A stretch of DNA of 64,000 bases from an uncultured Thermoplasmata archaeon (GCA_963719635.1 CAVRCS010000005.1:72455-136454); one strand, 5' to 3'. Positions 52,847 through 62,958 are shown, counted from the stretch's first letter. Program-made: numbers and translations. The notes: generated by a model not told the origin, from the letters alone.

Positions 52847-53874
52847 GGGCGACCCCCTCCGGACGGGAGTTCGAGGGGCCGGACGCGTTCGAGGTCGACC
52901 TCGAGCCGGACGCCATCGCCGGGCCGACCCGCGGGTCGCTCCGGGGTCGGGGCGGCCCGGACCAGGAGCGTGCCCACGCGCGCCTCGGCGACCCACCCCG
53001 CGCTCGTCCACCGGAGGGAGGCGAGCCGGGCGCCGCTGCGCTCGTCTGCATGAGGTACGACGTGCACCGCCGAGGCCGACACCGCGACCCCCTCCGCGCC
53101 GGCCGCGCCGAGCAGACGGGAGACGAACGGCCGGTCGCGCTCCCGTTCGAGCTCGACGCGCGCGTAGACGTTCTCGTAGCCGACGAACCGGGCCGTGAAC
53201 CGGTCGAGCGGGGCGCGCTCCAGCTCGGCCGCCTCTCCCTCGAACCGGGAGCTCCCCGCCTCCAGGACAACGAGGCGGCGGGCGACCGCGAACGCCGTGG
53301 GCGGGTCGTGCGTCACGAGGACGAGCGGTGGCCCTTCGTGCTCGAGCAGGTCTGTGACGAGCGCCAGCAGCTCGTCGCGGCTCGCTACGTCGAGGGCGCC
53401 GAGCGGCTCGTCCCAGAGGAGGAGGTGGGGCTCGGCGGCGAGGGCGCGCGCGATCGCGACCCGCTGGCGTTCGCCGGAGCTGAGCTGGCGCGGGTACCGC
53501 TCCGCGAACGCCGTCAGGCCGAACCGCTCGAGCCAGCCGGCCGCCGACCGGCGCGCGTCGGCTGCGCCGCGGAGGTCGAGCGGGTAGCGGACGTTGCGGC
53601 CGACCGTCAGGTGAGGGAAGAGGCCGAGGTCGGGGGGGATGAAGCCGAGCCGCCTTTTTTCGGGAGGGAGGCGGTCGACGCTCTCCCCGTCCACCCGGAC
53701 CGACCCGCGCGCGAGCGGCAGGAAGCCGGCGATCGAGCGAAGCAGGGTCGTCTTCCCGGCGCCGGACGGGCCGACCACGACGGTGGCTGTTCCGCGGGAG
53801 GCGGTGAACCGGACCGGCCCGAGGGTAAACGACCCGTTGCGGACGACGGCGTCGGCGACCTCGAGCTCGGTCAC
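52843..53874 (-). CDS. molybdate/tungstate ABC transporter ATP-binding protein with C-terminal TOBE domain
   Basis: GPSGAGKTT, LSSGERQRVAIARAL, LLLWDEPLGALD. GTGA overlap with the permease gene. Confidence 0.88.
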   Translation of the reverse strand: MTELEVADAVVRNGSFTLGPVRFTASRGTATVVVGPSGAGKTTLLRSIAGFLPLARGSVRVDGESVDRLPPEKRRLGFIPPDLGLFPHLTVGRNVRYPLDLRGAADARRSAAGWLERFGLTAFAERYPRQLSSGERQRVAIARALAAEPHLLLWDEPLGALDVASRDELLALVTDLLEHEGPPLVLVTHDPPTAFAVARRLVVLEAGSSRFEGEAAELERAPLDRFTARFVGYENVYARVELERERDRPFVSRLLGAAGAEGVAVSASAVHVVPHADERSGARLASLRWTSAGWVAEARVGTLLVRAAPTPERPAGRPGDGVRLEVDLERVRPLELPSGGGRP

Positions 53875-54719
53875 GACATCCACCCTCCCGGCAGGCTTGA
53901 CAGCCCGCTGCGGTCGAGCAGCCGCACCCCGAGGAAGATCGCGAGCGCCACGAGGACGAGCAGGGCGGCGGCGCCCGTCGACCCCGGGAGGCCTTCGATC
54001 TGGTAGAGGTTGTAGACGTACACCGCCCCGGTGTTCGTCACCGGACCCGGCCAGATCCCGCCCGGCGAGACGGCGTAGGCGATGATCAGGAACGCCCCGA
54101 CCTCGCTGACGCCGCGGGCCCACATCAGCAGCGCCCCGGTCGCGATGCCGCGCGCCGCGAGCGGCAGCGTCACCGTCGCGAACGCCTCCGAGGGGGAGGC
54201 GCCGAGCGCCCGGGCGCTCTCCAGCATCCCCGGCTCGACCGCCCGGAAGGCGATCTCGCTCGTGAGGACGACGTACGCCCCGCCGACGTAGAGCATCACC
54301 AGGATCACGCCGCCGATCCCGTCGAACAGCGGCACGCCCAGCGCGGTCCCGAGCAGCCCGAGCGGGGCGGACGGCTCGAGCAGCAGCAACAGCGCGATCC
54401 CGACGATCAGGTGGGGCACGACGACCGGCACGAGGACCAGCGACTCCACTATCGACCGCCCGGGGAAGCGGTGGCGGGCGAGCAGGTAGCCGAGCGGGAC
54501 GCCGGTCAGCACGCCGAGTCCCACCGCGATCCCGGAGGCGAGGAGCGTGAACTCCAGCGAGGTCCGGAAGCCGCCGTCCTCCGCGGCCCGGGCGATACCG
54601 GCAGGTCCGGCGTACTCGAACAGCGCGACAAGAGGAAGGAGGAACAGCCCGAGCAGCGAGGCCGCGAGGACCGCCCCGATGGCGCGCGCGGCGAGCGTGG
54701 GGCCGGACGCTCGGCTCAC
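53871..54719 (-). CDS. molybdate/tungstate ABC transporter permease
   Basis: Multiple TM helices and the EAA-type loop ESARALGASPSEAFATVTLPLAARG. Confidence 0.88.
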   Translation of the reverse strand: MSRASGPTLAARAIGAVLAASLLGLFLLPLVALFEYAGPAGIARAAEDGGFRTSLEFTLLASGIAVGLGVLTGVPLGYLLARHRFPGRSIVESLVLVPVVVPHLIVGIALLLLLEPSAPLGLLGTALGVPLFDGIGGVILVMLYVGGAYVVLTSEIAFRAVEPGMLESARALGASPSEAFATVTLPLAARGIATGALLMWARGVSEVGAFLIIAYAVSPGGIWPGPVTNTGAVYVYNLYQIEGLPGSTGAAALLVLVALAIFLGVRLLDRSGLSSLPGGWMS

Positions 54720-54741
54720 GCCGCTTCCGGTCCCCGTCGGC

Positions 54742-55825
54742 CTAGGTGATCAGCGTGGTGAGGTACGACGGCATCGGTGCGAGACCGTCCGGCGGCGAGC
54801 CGGCAAGGGCGCCGGGGAGGGCGCCGGGATGGTCGACGAACGCGGGGGCGATCGGGGCGAACCCGTCCGCGGCCCACAGCGCCGACGTGCTGTTGGAGAG
54901 GAGGAACGCGGCGAAGGCGATCCCGAGCGCGGGGTCGGGGGCGGTCGACGGGACGGTCAGGGCAAAGACGATCGGGGCCCCGTGGACGACCGACGTCGCC
55001 GACCCCTTACCGGTGAGCACCGTGGTCGAGACCCCGCCGTAGGCGCTGATGTCGGTGGAGTTGGTCCCGCCCAGGTTGACCGCCGAGAAGAGTGTGGTGT
55101 AGGTGAGCCCCTCGGCATGGGCGTACGAGCGCGTAGACGAAGTACGCCTGCACCTCGCTCGCGTTCAGCGCCGTCGCCGCGTCGTTCTCGGTGACCGCCT
55201 TGGCCGCTGATGTGAGTCCGGCGAGGGCCCCCTCCGCGCCGGTGAAGAAGTGGCTGTAGAGGGCGCCGCTCTGGTTCTCGAGGGCGTCCTCGAGCTCGAG
55301 GGCAAGGATCGCGTCGGCGCCGAGCGGGTCGCCGCTGGCGTTCGGCGCCCCGAGGGTGACGCCGGTCTTCGTGATGTCGGTGTACCAGTTCCCCGCGGTG
55401 ACCGTCCCGGAGAAGGCGGTGGCAGCCGAGTCGTAGGCGAGCACCAGCGGGTCCCCCGCGAAGGCGACCTCCCAGCTTGCGACGGTCGAGGCGGGCGACT
55501 CCAGCTGCTCAGGGATGACCCGGAAGTCGGCCGAGACGAAGAGGTCGTACGGCTGGTGTCCGCCGGCGAGCTGGGTCGCGTCCGCCGTGCTCCCTTGGTA
55601 GAGCTGCGCCGCCAGCGGCGCCTGGACATCCGGGGTCTCGGCGACAAAGTCCGACACGAGCTTCGGCATCAGCCCTGTCGGCGACAGGCTCCCGGCGGCG
55701 ATGACCTCCAGGGTGACAGGACCGGCCTTGGCCGGTCCGTGCACGTACCACCCGGCGACTCCCCCAGAGACGCCGGCCACCACGGCGATCGCGACGACGA
55801 CCAGCTTCAGGACCAACGGGCGCAT
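54742..55825 (-). CDS. molybdate/tungstate ABC transporter substrate-binding protein (apparent frameshift near 55129-55132)
   Basis: N-terminal TM/signal, LEVIAAGSL, DLFVSAD. The reading EVQAYFVY switches frame to RSYAHAEGLTYTTLFSAVNLGG...VLTGKGS..., joining listed ORFs 55007..55825 and 54742..55020. Confidence 0.8.
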
Positions 55826-55849
55826 CGATGTGTGATTCTACCACATCAC

Positions 55850-56257
55850 TTAAGGTCCGTCCCCGTCGAGCGGCCCTCGCCGGTCCTGGGGAAGGTACCG
55901 GAACCACGGGCGACCGACCACAGTGTCGGGGGAGACGGGACCGAAGGTGCGGCTGTCGCGGCTCGCGGCCGGGTTGTCGCCCAGAAGGAACACGGTCCGC
56001 TCCGGGCCCGTCCGCCCACCGACCCGCTTCACAAGCCAGCGCCCGGCCGCTTCCGGGTCCTGGACGACGATCAGGTTGCCGACCCGCGGCGGGTCGCGGC
56101 GGAACGCGGCCGGGTCGACCAGCAACCGGTCGCCGGGCTGCAGCGTCGGGCGCATCGACTCGTCCTGCACGAGCACCCGCCGGCTCCGCGCCCACCGGCG
56201 GAACCGGGCCCACCGTCCCAGCCTGGGCCGATGCCCCGATGCTCCGGCGTCCGGCAC
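55850..56257 (-). CDS. sodX: S26-family signal-peptidase-like protease, Ni-SOD maturation protease candidate
   Basis: VLVQDESMRPTLQPGDRLLV (catalytic Ser) and WLVKRVGG (catalytic Lys), GDNPAASRDSR. Divergent and 30 nt from sodN. GTG at 56257 inside listed ORF 55850..57100. Confidence 0.75.
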   Translation of the reverse strand: MPDAGASGHRPRLGRWARFRRWARSRRVLVQDESMRPTLQPGDRLLVDPAAFRRDPPRVGNLIVVQDPEAAGRWLVKRVGGRTGPERTVFLLGDNPAASRDSRTFGPVSPDTVVGRPWFRYLPQDRRGPLDGDGP

Positions 56258-56265
56258 CTTTATCG
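56258..56265 (+). promoter_or_regulatory. TATA-like box CTTTATCG ~25 nt upstream of sodN ATG (possible leaderless transcript)
   Basis: The only AT-rich element in the 30-nt divergent sodX-sodN spacer. Confidence 0.3.
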
Positions 56266-56287
56266 TCCTTGTCCGGGTGGCCGGCCC

Positions 56288-56821
56288 ATGCACGCCGTTA
56301 CGACGGTCCGCTCGATGGCGGCCCGCTTCCGCAACGCGGTCCTCCCGCCCCGGCCGGTATACGCCCACTGCGACATCCCGTGCGGTATTTACGACCCCCA
56401 CGAGGCCCAGATCGCGGCGCTCACCGTCCTGCGGATGGACCAGCTGATCGGGGAGGCGGTGATGCCTCCCGCCGACGCCAAGGCGGAGGACCGCGCGGCG
56501 TACGTCTCCAAGCTCTCCCGCTACACGGCCGTCAAGGAGACTCACGCCGAGCGCGTGAAGCACGAGGTGCGCGTGATCTGGGGCGACTACATCACCGCGG
56601 ACCACCTCAAGCAGTACCCGGCGCTCGGCGAGCTCGTCATGAAGATCATGAAGCAGGCCTCCAAGGCCCGCCAGTCGGCCGCCGTCGCGGAGGCGCAGGA
56701 ACTCGTCAAGCTCGTCCAGGAGTTCGCCGAGCTGTTCTGGGCGACCAAGAGCGCCAAGACGCGGCGCCAGCCGTCGTTGCAGAGGTCCGGCGGCGAGCTC
56801 GTGCTCCCGGTCCCGGCGTAG
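56288..56821 (+). CDS. sodN: nickel-containing superoxide dismutase precursor
   Basis: The pro-peptide ends ...PRPVYA and is followed by HCDIPCGIYDPHEAQIAA, the Ni-hook (HCDLPCGVYDP) of Ni-SOD, then a four-helix-bundle-like remainder. An alternative start is ATG 56315. Confidence 0.88.
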   Translation: MHAVTTVRSMAARFRNAVLPPRPVYAHCDIPCGIYDPHEAQIAALTVLRMDQLIGEAVMPPADAKAEDRAAYVSKLSRYTAVKETHAERVKHEVRVIWGDYITADHLKQYPALGELVMKIMKQASKARQSAAVAEAQELVKLVQEFAELFWATKSAKTRRQPSLQRSGGELVLPVPA

Positions 56822-56846
56822 GCCGGAGCGGCGCGGGACGAGCGGG

Positions 56847-58372
56847 ATGAGCGACGCCGTCCGGCTGGACGGCCGCTCCCTCTCGCTCGACCGGTTCGTC
56901 GCCGTCGCCCGGGGGGCCGCCCGGTCGCCGTCCCCCCGGAGGCGCTCGACCGCATCCGGGCGAGCCGTGCCGCGGTCGAGCGGGCGGTGAGCGCCGGCCG
57001 GGCCGTCTACGGCGTCACGACCGGCTTCGGCGCCCTCTCCGAGGTGACGATTCCCCCCGCGCGCGTGCGGGACCTGCAGACGGCCCTCGTGCGCAGCCAC
57101 GCGGCGGGGACCGGGCCGGCCCTCCCGGCCGAGGTCGTGCGGGGCATGATGGTCCTACGCCTCAACTCCCTCGCCGCCGGGGTCTCCGGAGTCCGGGCGG
57201 TCGTCGTGCTGACCCTCGCGGAGATGCTGAACCGCGGGCTCGTCCCGTGGATCCCGGAGCAGGGGTCGGTCGGCGCGTCGGGCGACCTGGCCCCGCTCGC
57301 GCACCTGGCCCTTGCCCTGACCGGAGAGGGGACGTTCGTCGCACCGGGCACCAGTGCGCGGCTCCCCGCCGGGGAGGTCCTTGCCCGCGAGGGGATCGCC
57401 CCCCTCCAGTTGGAGGCCAAGGAGGGGGTCGGCCTGCTGAACGGGACGGCGCTGATGGCGACGTACCTGGCGCTCGGGGTCGCGGATGCCCGCGCCCTGT
57501 TGGACGCCGCGACGATCGCCGCCGCCGTCTCCGTCGACGCGCTCCTCGGCACGCCGCAGTCGTTCGACGACCGGCTCGGGGAGGCGCGCAACGCGCCGGA
57601 CGAGCGGGCGGTCGCGGCGGCCCTCCGCGCCCTCCTCGCGGGGAGCGAGCTCGCCGTCCCGCGGGCGGAGTGGGGCGGTCAGGACCCGTACACCCTGCGC
57701 TGCCTGCCCCAGGTGCTGGGGGCCGTCCGCGGCGGGCTCGCCTTCGCCGAGGCGACGATCGGCCGCGAACTGAACGCCGTCACCGACAACCCGCTTGTCT
57801 TCGGGGACGAGTTCGTCAGCGGTGGGAACTTCCACGGCCAGTCGCTCGCCTTCGCGCTCGACACGCTCGCGCTGGCGGTCCAGTACCTCGCCGGCTTCTC
57901 CGAGCGCCGGATCTCCCGGCTCGTGCACCCGGCCCTCAACCGAGGGTTGCCGGCGTTCCTTGCGCCGGAGCCGGGGGTGACGAGCGGGTTCATGGTCCCG
58001 CAGTACGTTGCGGCGGCGCTCGTCAACGAGAACGCGACGTTGGTCCACCCGGCGAGCGCGACGAGCGTCCCGACCTCCGCCGACCAGGAGGATTACGTCA
58101 GCATGGGCGCCTGGGCCGGGGCGAAGCTCGCCCGCGTCGTGGCGAACACGTGCAAGGTCATCGCGATCGAATGGATGGTCGCCGGCGCGGCGCTCGAGCA
58201 TCGACGGCCTCGCCGGGGGGGCCTCGGGAGCGAAGTGGCGCTCGCCGCGCTCCGCGACCGGGTGCGTCCGTGGGACGCCGACCGCAGCGCCGCCGACGAC
58301 ATCGAGCGGCTGGCGGGCGCCGTCGGGGCCGGCGAGCTTGGACGGAGCGTTCGGGCCCGCGTGCCGTTCTAG
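56847..58372 (+). CDS. hutH: histidine ammonia-lyase (aromatic amino acid lyase family), apparent frameshift at 56923-56924
   Basis: MSDAVRLDGRSLSLDRFVAVARGAAR, then (other frame) VAVPPEALDRIRASRAAVERAV...YGVTTGFG, GSVGASGDLAPLAH (MIO-forming ASG), NFHGQ. Confidence 0.88.
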
Positions 58373-58397
58373 GCGGGAACGGACCCCCGCGACGCGC

Positions 58398-59099
58398 TCA
58401 CGCCGCAGGATGACTGGCGGCCGCCGTCGGGTGCCCGATGGCGACGGGGATCCCCGAGGCGCCGAACCGGACGCTCTCGCCGCAGCTGGGACAGGAGTAC
58501 TCGCTGACGGCCCGGTGGCGCATGTGGGTGTGGCAGCGCGGGCAGGGGATCGGGCTCGAGGTGACGTAGGCGGCGAGCAGCTCCTGCGAGCGCCGGTCGC
58601 TGTAACTGGGGCCGGCCGGTCGGCTCGAGGCCGAGGCGCTCGGACCGGGGGCGCCCTCGTCGGCCGAGCTCGCGGTCCGGGACGAGAAGAGCCGTCCGCA
58701 CTGCGGGCAGACGTTCAGGCTCGGGGACGCCGCGCCCGTGAGGGCGACGTGGCAGGAAGGACACTGCGCCTTCAGGCCGCCCGACCGGACGACCGGGGGC
58801 GGGGCGGCGAGGGTTGGGCCGAGGTCGACGCGCGAACGCGGCGTCGGAGCGGTCGCTGTCGGGGGTGGGTCGGACCAGACGATTGAGACCGGGGGCGCCC
58901 AGCGGACGACGCGGCGCGCCGGGTCATACGCCATGGAGGTGCCGACTCGGGTCAGCTCGTCGACGAGCAGGCGCTCGACCTTGCGGGTCCGCCATGAGAG
59001 GGCGGCCGCGAGCGCCGGCACCGTCGCCTCGGTCAGCGAGCGGACCGTCGCCTGGAGCGCCTGGCGGTCCCGCTCGGAGGGCCGGAACAGCAGGGACAT
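58398..59099 (-). CDS. hypothetical wHTH protein with two zinc-ribbon motifs
   Basis: N-terminal wHTH-like segment. CPSCHV...CPQCG and CPRCHTHM...CPSCG pairs. Confidence 0.55.
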   Translation of the reverse strand: MSLLFRPSERDRQALQATVRSLTEATVPALAAALSWRTRKVERLLVDELTRVGTSMAYDPARRVVRWAPPVSIVWSDPPPTATAPTPRSRVDLGPTLAAPPPVVRSGGLKAQCPSCHVALTGAASPSLNVCPQCGRLFSSRTASSADEGAPGPSASASSRPAGPSYSDRRSQELLAAYVTSSPIPCPRCHTHMRHRAVSEYSCPSCGESVRFGASGIPVAIGHPTAAASHPAA

Positions 59100-59393
59100 C
59101 GGCGGAACGTCGGCCGACGCTCAAAAGAAGCTATCGTTCGACCGGCACCGCAGGGGGTCCGCGGGGAATCCGGAAGGCACCGACAGGCCGCCCCCGGTCT
59201 CGTGGACGATGCCACCGGAGGGGCGTCCCGTCGATGCCCGAGGCCACTATGGTGATACCGCCACCGACTATATAGTTGACTCCGCCGCCGGAAGGTGGGC
59301 GACGGGGCTCCTGGCCGTCGGACCTGACCGAGAGTTCATCTACCCTGCTGCGCAACATTCAGTACCCGGGACCTCGCCTTCGGGGGGCGGGGA

Positions 59394-59849
59394 GTGAGCC
59401 AGATGACCGCCGTCGGGGGAAGCGCATCGCACAGTTCCATCGCCGGCGGCCTAGGCTCGGCGCGGGGCCCGGCGGCCGTCCCGGCGTTGCTGTGGGTGCC
59501 GGACGATGACGTCCGCCTGCTCCTCCGCGGGATCCTGACGCTGCAGCGACACCCGGTCGTCCTCGAGTTCAGCTCGGCGGAGGCGCTCCGGCACTGGGAG
59601 CCCGCGCCGATCGCTCTGCTGGTCCTGGACGCCGTATCGGGAGCGAGCCGGTGGCGGGAAGAGCTCGCCGCGTCCCTGGCGACCCGTCCGGAGCTGCGCG
59701 CGGTCGTGCTGTTGCCGCGCGACAGTGGGCCGCTCCGGCGCGAGGCGGAGGCCCTGGGCGCACGGGCTACCGTCGTGCGCCCGTTCGCCGTTCGCGACCT
59801 CGTGGCCGCGATTCGGGAAGCTCTGCGCGAGCCCGGCGCGGTCCCCTAG
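59394..59849 (+). CDS. stand-alone response-regulator receiver-like (CheY-like) domain protein, partly degenerate
   Basis: LLWVPDDDVRLLL (acidic pocket), ALLVLD (phospho-Asp position), AVVLLP, VVRPF (Arg in place of the conserved Lys). Confidence 0.55.
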   Translation: MSQMTAVGGSASHSSIAGGLGSARGPAAVPALLWVPDDDVRLLLRGILTLQRHPVVLEFSSAEALRHWEPAPIALLVLDAVSGASRWREELAASLATRPELRAVVLLPRDSGPLRREAEALGARATVVRPFAVRDLVAAIREALREPGAVP

Positions 59850-60966
59850 AGCTGACGGCTCGGCTACCGGCCGCCGGGCCCCCGCGCGGCAGGAGCGCGA
59901 CGATCTTCTCCGTCGCCCGAGGCAGCGGCAGCCGCCCGATCTCCGCGGTGGTCGCCCAGCGTCGTCGCACGGAGAGCCGGGGGGTGCGCCGCGGCGACCC
60001 GGCGAAGACATGCAGCTCGACCGCGAAGTGGCTGTAGCCATGCCGCACGATCCCTACGGGGATCAGGGGGCCCACGGTGGCGCCGGTCTCCTCGGTGAGT
60101 TCGCGTCGCGCCGCGGCCGGCGGGGTCTCGCCGGGCTCTATCTTTCCCCCGGGGAACTCCCAGAGCCCGCCCAGCAGCCCGGCCTCAGACCGGCGCTGGA
60201 CGAGCCAGCGCTCCCCATCGTGCAGGGCGACGACAGCCCCCCGCACGAGGGGCCGCGGGGCCCTCCGGCGGCGGGTGGGTAGCGCTCCCGGGTCGACCAG
60301 TTCGCTTCGAGCGCGGCAATCCTGGGCGACGGGACACACCCCGCAGCGAGGTCGGTTCGGCAGACAGACCGTCTCCCCCAGCTCCATCACCGCTTCCACG
60401 AACTCCCCGGGCTCCCGCAGGGGAAGCAAGCGTTCCAGCCGGCCCTGCAGCGACGCGCGGACCGTCGCCTCCCCCACCGGCCTCCGCTCGAGGAACCATC
60501 GTGCCCCGACGCGGCAGAGGTTCGCGTCCATCGGCACCGCCCGGGCGCCGAAGGCGAGCGCCGCCACGGCGCGCGCGGTGTACGCTCCGACCCCGGGGAG
60601 CCGCTCCAGCTCCCCGACCGTCCGCGGGAACGAGCCGCCGTGGTCCCGCACGAGCCGCCGCGCCGCCTCGTGGAGGTGGCGGGCGCGCGCGTAGTAGCCG
60701 GCCCCCTGCCACGCCTTCAACACCGAGGCGCGCGGTGCCCGGGCGAGGGTGTCGAGGTCCGGGAAGCGGGCGAGGAACCGCTCGAAGTACGGCACCGCCT
60801 GCTCGACCCGGGTCTGCTGCAGCAGGACCTCGGCGACCCAGATCCGGTACGGGTCCCGGGAGGCCCGCCACGGGAGCGGCCGGCGGGCGTGGCGGAACCA
60901 ACGGACGAGCGCGCGGACCGTGGACGGGGTCGGGCCGCCGCGCACCGGAAGGGGACGGTTCGGCAC
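59767..60966 (-). CDS. mutY: A/G-specific adenine DNA glycosylase with C-terminal NUDIX domain
   Basis: PYRIWVAEVLLQQTRV, LPGVGAYTARAVAALAF (HhH-GPD), CLPNRPRCGVCPVAQDC (4Fe-4S loop), GLWEFPGGKIEPGETPPAAARRELTEETG (NUDIX box). The GTG at 60966 is chosen as start. The 3' tail overlaps the convergent REC gene by 83 nt and may be over-extended. Confidence 0.85.
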   Translation of the reverse strand: MPNRPLPVRGGPTPSTVRALVRWFRHARRPLPWRASRDPYRIWVAEVLLQQTRVEQAVPYFERFLARFPDLDTLARAPRASVLKAWQGAGYYARARHLHEAARRLVRDHGGSFPRTVGELERLPGVGAYTARAVAALAFGARAVPMDANLCRVGARWFLERRPVGEATVRASLQGRLERLLPLREPGEFVEAVMELGETVCLPNRPRCGVCPVAQDCRARSELVDPGALPTRRRRAPRPLVRGAVVALHDGERWLVQRRSEAGLLGGLWEFPGGKIEPGETPPAAARRELTEETGATVGPLIPVGIVRHGYSHFAVELHVFAGSPRRTPRLSVRRRWATTAEIGRLPLPRATEKIVALLPRGGPAAGSRAVSSRGPRRARAELPESRPRGRERRTGARR

Positions 60967-61046
60967 GCGACGCCGCCGAACGAAACGTATCCTTAAAACG
61001 GACGAGGAGTTCGAACGCCGGGGGATGAGCCACGGATCGCACACCG

Positions 61047-61403
61047 ATGGTCCGCGTCGACGACGCGACGTTCGAGGTCGAGGTGATCCGCTCGCCGCTG
61101 CCCGTGGTCGTCGATTTCTACGCCGATTGGTGCGCGCCGTGCAAGATCATCCAGCCGACGCTCCGCGAACTCGCGAGCCGGCTCTCCGGTCGCGTGAAGT
61201 TCGCCCAGGTGAACGTCGACGAGGCGGAGGTCGTCACCCGGTCGTTCGGGATCCACGCGATCCCGACGTACCTGTTCGTCGAATCCGGCACGGAGAAGGG
61301 CCGCGAGGTCGGCCCGGTCGACCCCGTCGCGTTCCGGGCGATCCTGAAGCGGTACTTCACGAAGGGCGCCGGCGCTAGTGGCGGAACACCCGCCAGCCGG
61401 TGA
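61047..61403 (+). CDS. trxA: thioredoxin
   Basis: VVVDFYADWCAPCKIIQP (WCxPC) and GIHAIPTYLF. Confidence 0.9.
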   Translation: MVRVDDATFEVEVIRSPLPVVVDFYADWCAPCKIIQPTLRELASRLSGRVKFAQVNVDEAEVVTRSFGIHAIPTYLFVESGTEKGREVGPVDPVAFRAILKRYFTKGAGASGGTPASR

Positions 61404-62958
61404 AGTACATCGACATCCCAGCCCGCTCCGCCGCGGCGATCACCTCGGGGTCGCGCAGGCTCCCGCCGGGCTGGAGGATCGCCCGCACGCCGTGGCGGGC
61501 GGCCGCCTCAACGCCGTCCGCGAACGGGAAGAACGCGTCGGAGGCGAGGAACGAGCCGCGCGCACGCGCTCCGGCGACATCGCAGGCGAGCTCTACCGCC
61601 TTCACCCGGGTCGGCTGACCGGAGCCGACGCCGACCGTGGCGCGGCCGTGCGCCAGCACGATCGCGTTCGACTTCGCGTGCCGGACGACGCTCCAGCCGA
61701 ACGCCAGCGTCCGCACCTCCGCGGGGCCGAGCGGCGGCCCGGCGACGTGGCGGAGCTCGGCGAGGTCGAGGCTCCGCTGGTCCGCCTGCTGCACCAGCAG
61801 CCGCCCGAGCGCGGTCCGAGCGTCCCACCGAGGCGGAGCGGGATGCGCGGTCGGCAGCCGGACGACCTTCAGCTTCGGGCGCCGGCGGAGCGCCTCGAGC
61901 GCCTCCGGGGCGAGCCCGGGCGCGCCCAGCAGGTCGACGAAGACACCGTGGAGCGCGAGCGGGTCCCCCGCTTCGAACGGGCGGTTGACGGCGACCGCGC
62001 AGCCGTACCGTGCGACCGGGTCGGTCTCCACGGCGTCCCGGAGCGCCTGGCCTAGGGTCTCTGCGGTCGCGACACCGCACGGCGTCGCGTGCTTGACGAC
62101 CGCCGCGGCCGGAGTATCGAACTCCTCGACCAGGCCGACCGCGCAGTCGAGGTCGAGCAGGTTCGTGTACGACAGGGCATCCCCCTTCACGAACTCTAGG
62201 GGCGCGGGCGGCTGGTCGAGCGGCGCCGGGCCGGCGAAGTCGAAGACGCCGGCCGCCTGATGGGGGTTCTCCCCGTACCGGAGCGAGATCGGGTCGGCCC
62301 GGAACGAGACCGCCGGCGGGAGCCCGCGGGCGGCCCCGGCTTCCGGACCAAGCCCGCGCGCGATCGCCGCGTCGTAGCGGGCGCACCGCTCAAAGGCGGC
62401 GACGGCGAGGCGCCGGCGCGTCTCGTCGGAGAGTCGGCCGTCGTGCCGACGCAGCTCGTCGAGGATCACGGGGTATTCGGACGGGTCGCTGGCGACCGCC
62501 ACGACGGCATGGTTCTTCCCCGCCGCGCGGGCGAGCGAGACGCCGCCGATGTCGACGAACTCCTCCCGGTCGTCCGCCTCCGGCTGCTCGGTGAGGTGCT
62601 GCTCGAACGGGTAGAAGTTCACCACGACGAGATCGAAGCGTCGCAGCTGGCGTCGGGCGAGCTCTGCCTCGCCGGCCGGAGTCCCGGGTGCGAGGATCCC
62701 GCCGAAGACCGCCGGGTGGAGGGTCTTGACGCGCCCGCCAAACCAGGAGTCGACCCCGGTCAGCTCTTCGACCGCGTGGCCGGCGATCCCCTCGGCGGCG
62801 AGCGCGGTGCGGCTGCCCGCGGTCGCCCACAGCTCGACGCGGAGGTCGGCGAGGCCGCGCGCGAGCTCCGCGAGCCCGCGCTTCTCCTGCACGGAGAGGA
62901 GGGCCCGCTCGACCCGCCTTGCCGTTCCGGCGTCGGCCGCCACTCCCTTACCCCGCAC
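61375..62958 (-). CDS. purH: bifunctional AICAR transformylase / IMP cyclohydrolase
   Basis: RALLSVQEKRGL, GGRVKTLHP, DLVVVNFYPF, VVKHATPCG, GSGQPTRV, GVRAILQPGGSLRD. Confidence 0.92.
   Translation of the reverse strand: MRGKGVAADAGTARRVERALLSVQEKRGLAELARGLADLRVELWATAGSRTALAAEGIAGHAVEELTGVDSWFGGRVKTLHPAVFGGILAPGTPAGEAELARRQLRRFDLVVVNFYPFEQHLTEQPEADDREEFVDIGGVSLARAAGKNHAVVAVASDPSEYPVILDELRRHDGRLSDETRRRLAVAAFERCARYDAAIARGLGPEAGAARGLPPAVSFRADPISLRYGENPHQAAGVFDFAGPAPLDQPPAPLEFVKGDALSYTNLLDLDCAVGLVEEFDTPAAAVVKHATPCGVATAETLGQALRDAVETDPVARYGCAVAVNRPFEAGDPLALHGVFVDLLGAPGLAPEALEALRRRPKLKVVRLPTAHPAPPRWDARTALGRLLVQQADQRSLDLAELRHVAGPPLGPAEVRTLAFGWSVVRHAKSNAIVLAHGRATVGVGSGQPTRVKAVELACDVAGARARGSFLASDAFFPFADGVEAAARHGVRAILQPGGSLRDPEVIAAAERAGMSMYFTGWRVFRH

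Noticed and set aside
5868-58372. Treating the frameshifted housekeeping genes (map, tsaC, thpR, hutH, Fe-ADH, SoxA-like, substrate-binding protein) as true pseudogenes or programmed recoding sites
   Set aside because: The shifts mostly fall in G homopolymers, each is repaired by a single base, and they include essential genes. Sequence error is the simpler explanation. Only the IS630 A8 site has the features of programmed slippage.
59767-59849. 83-nt convergent overlap of mutY and the receiver-domain gene as a regulatory antisense arrangement
   Set aside because: The mutY tail after ...ATEKIVALLPRG is R/G/P/S-rich and probably an over-extended ORF or another indel effect. There is no independent support for a functional overlap.
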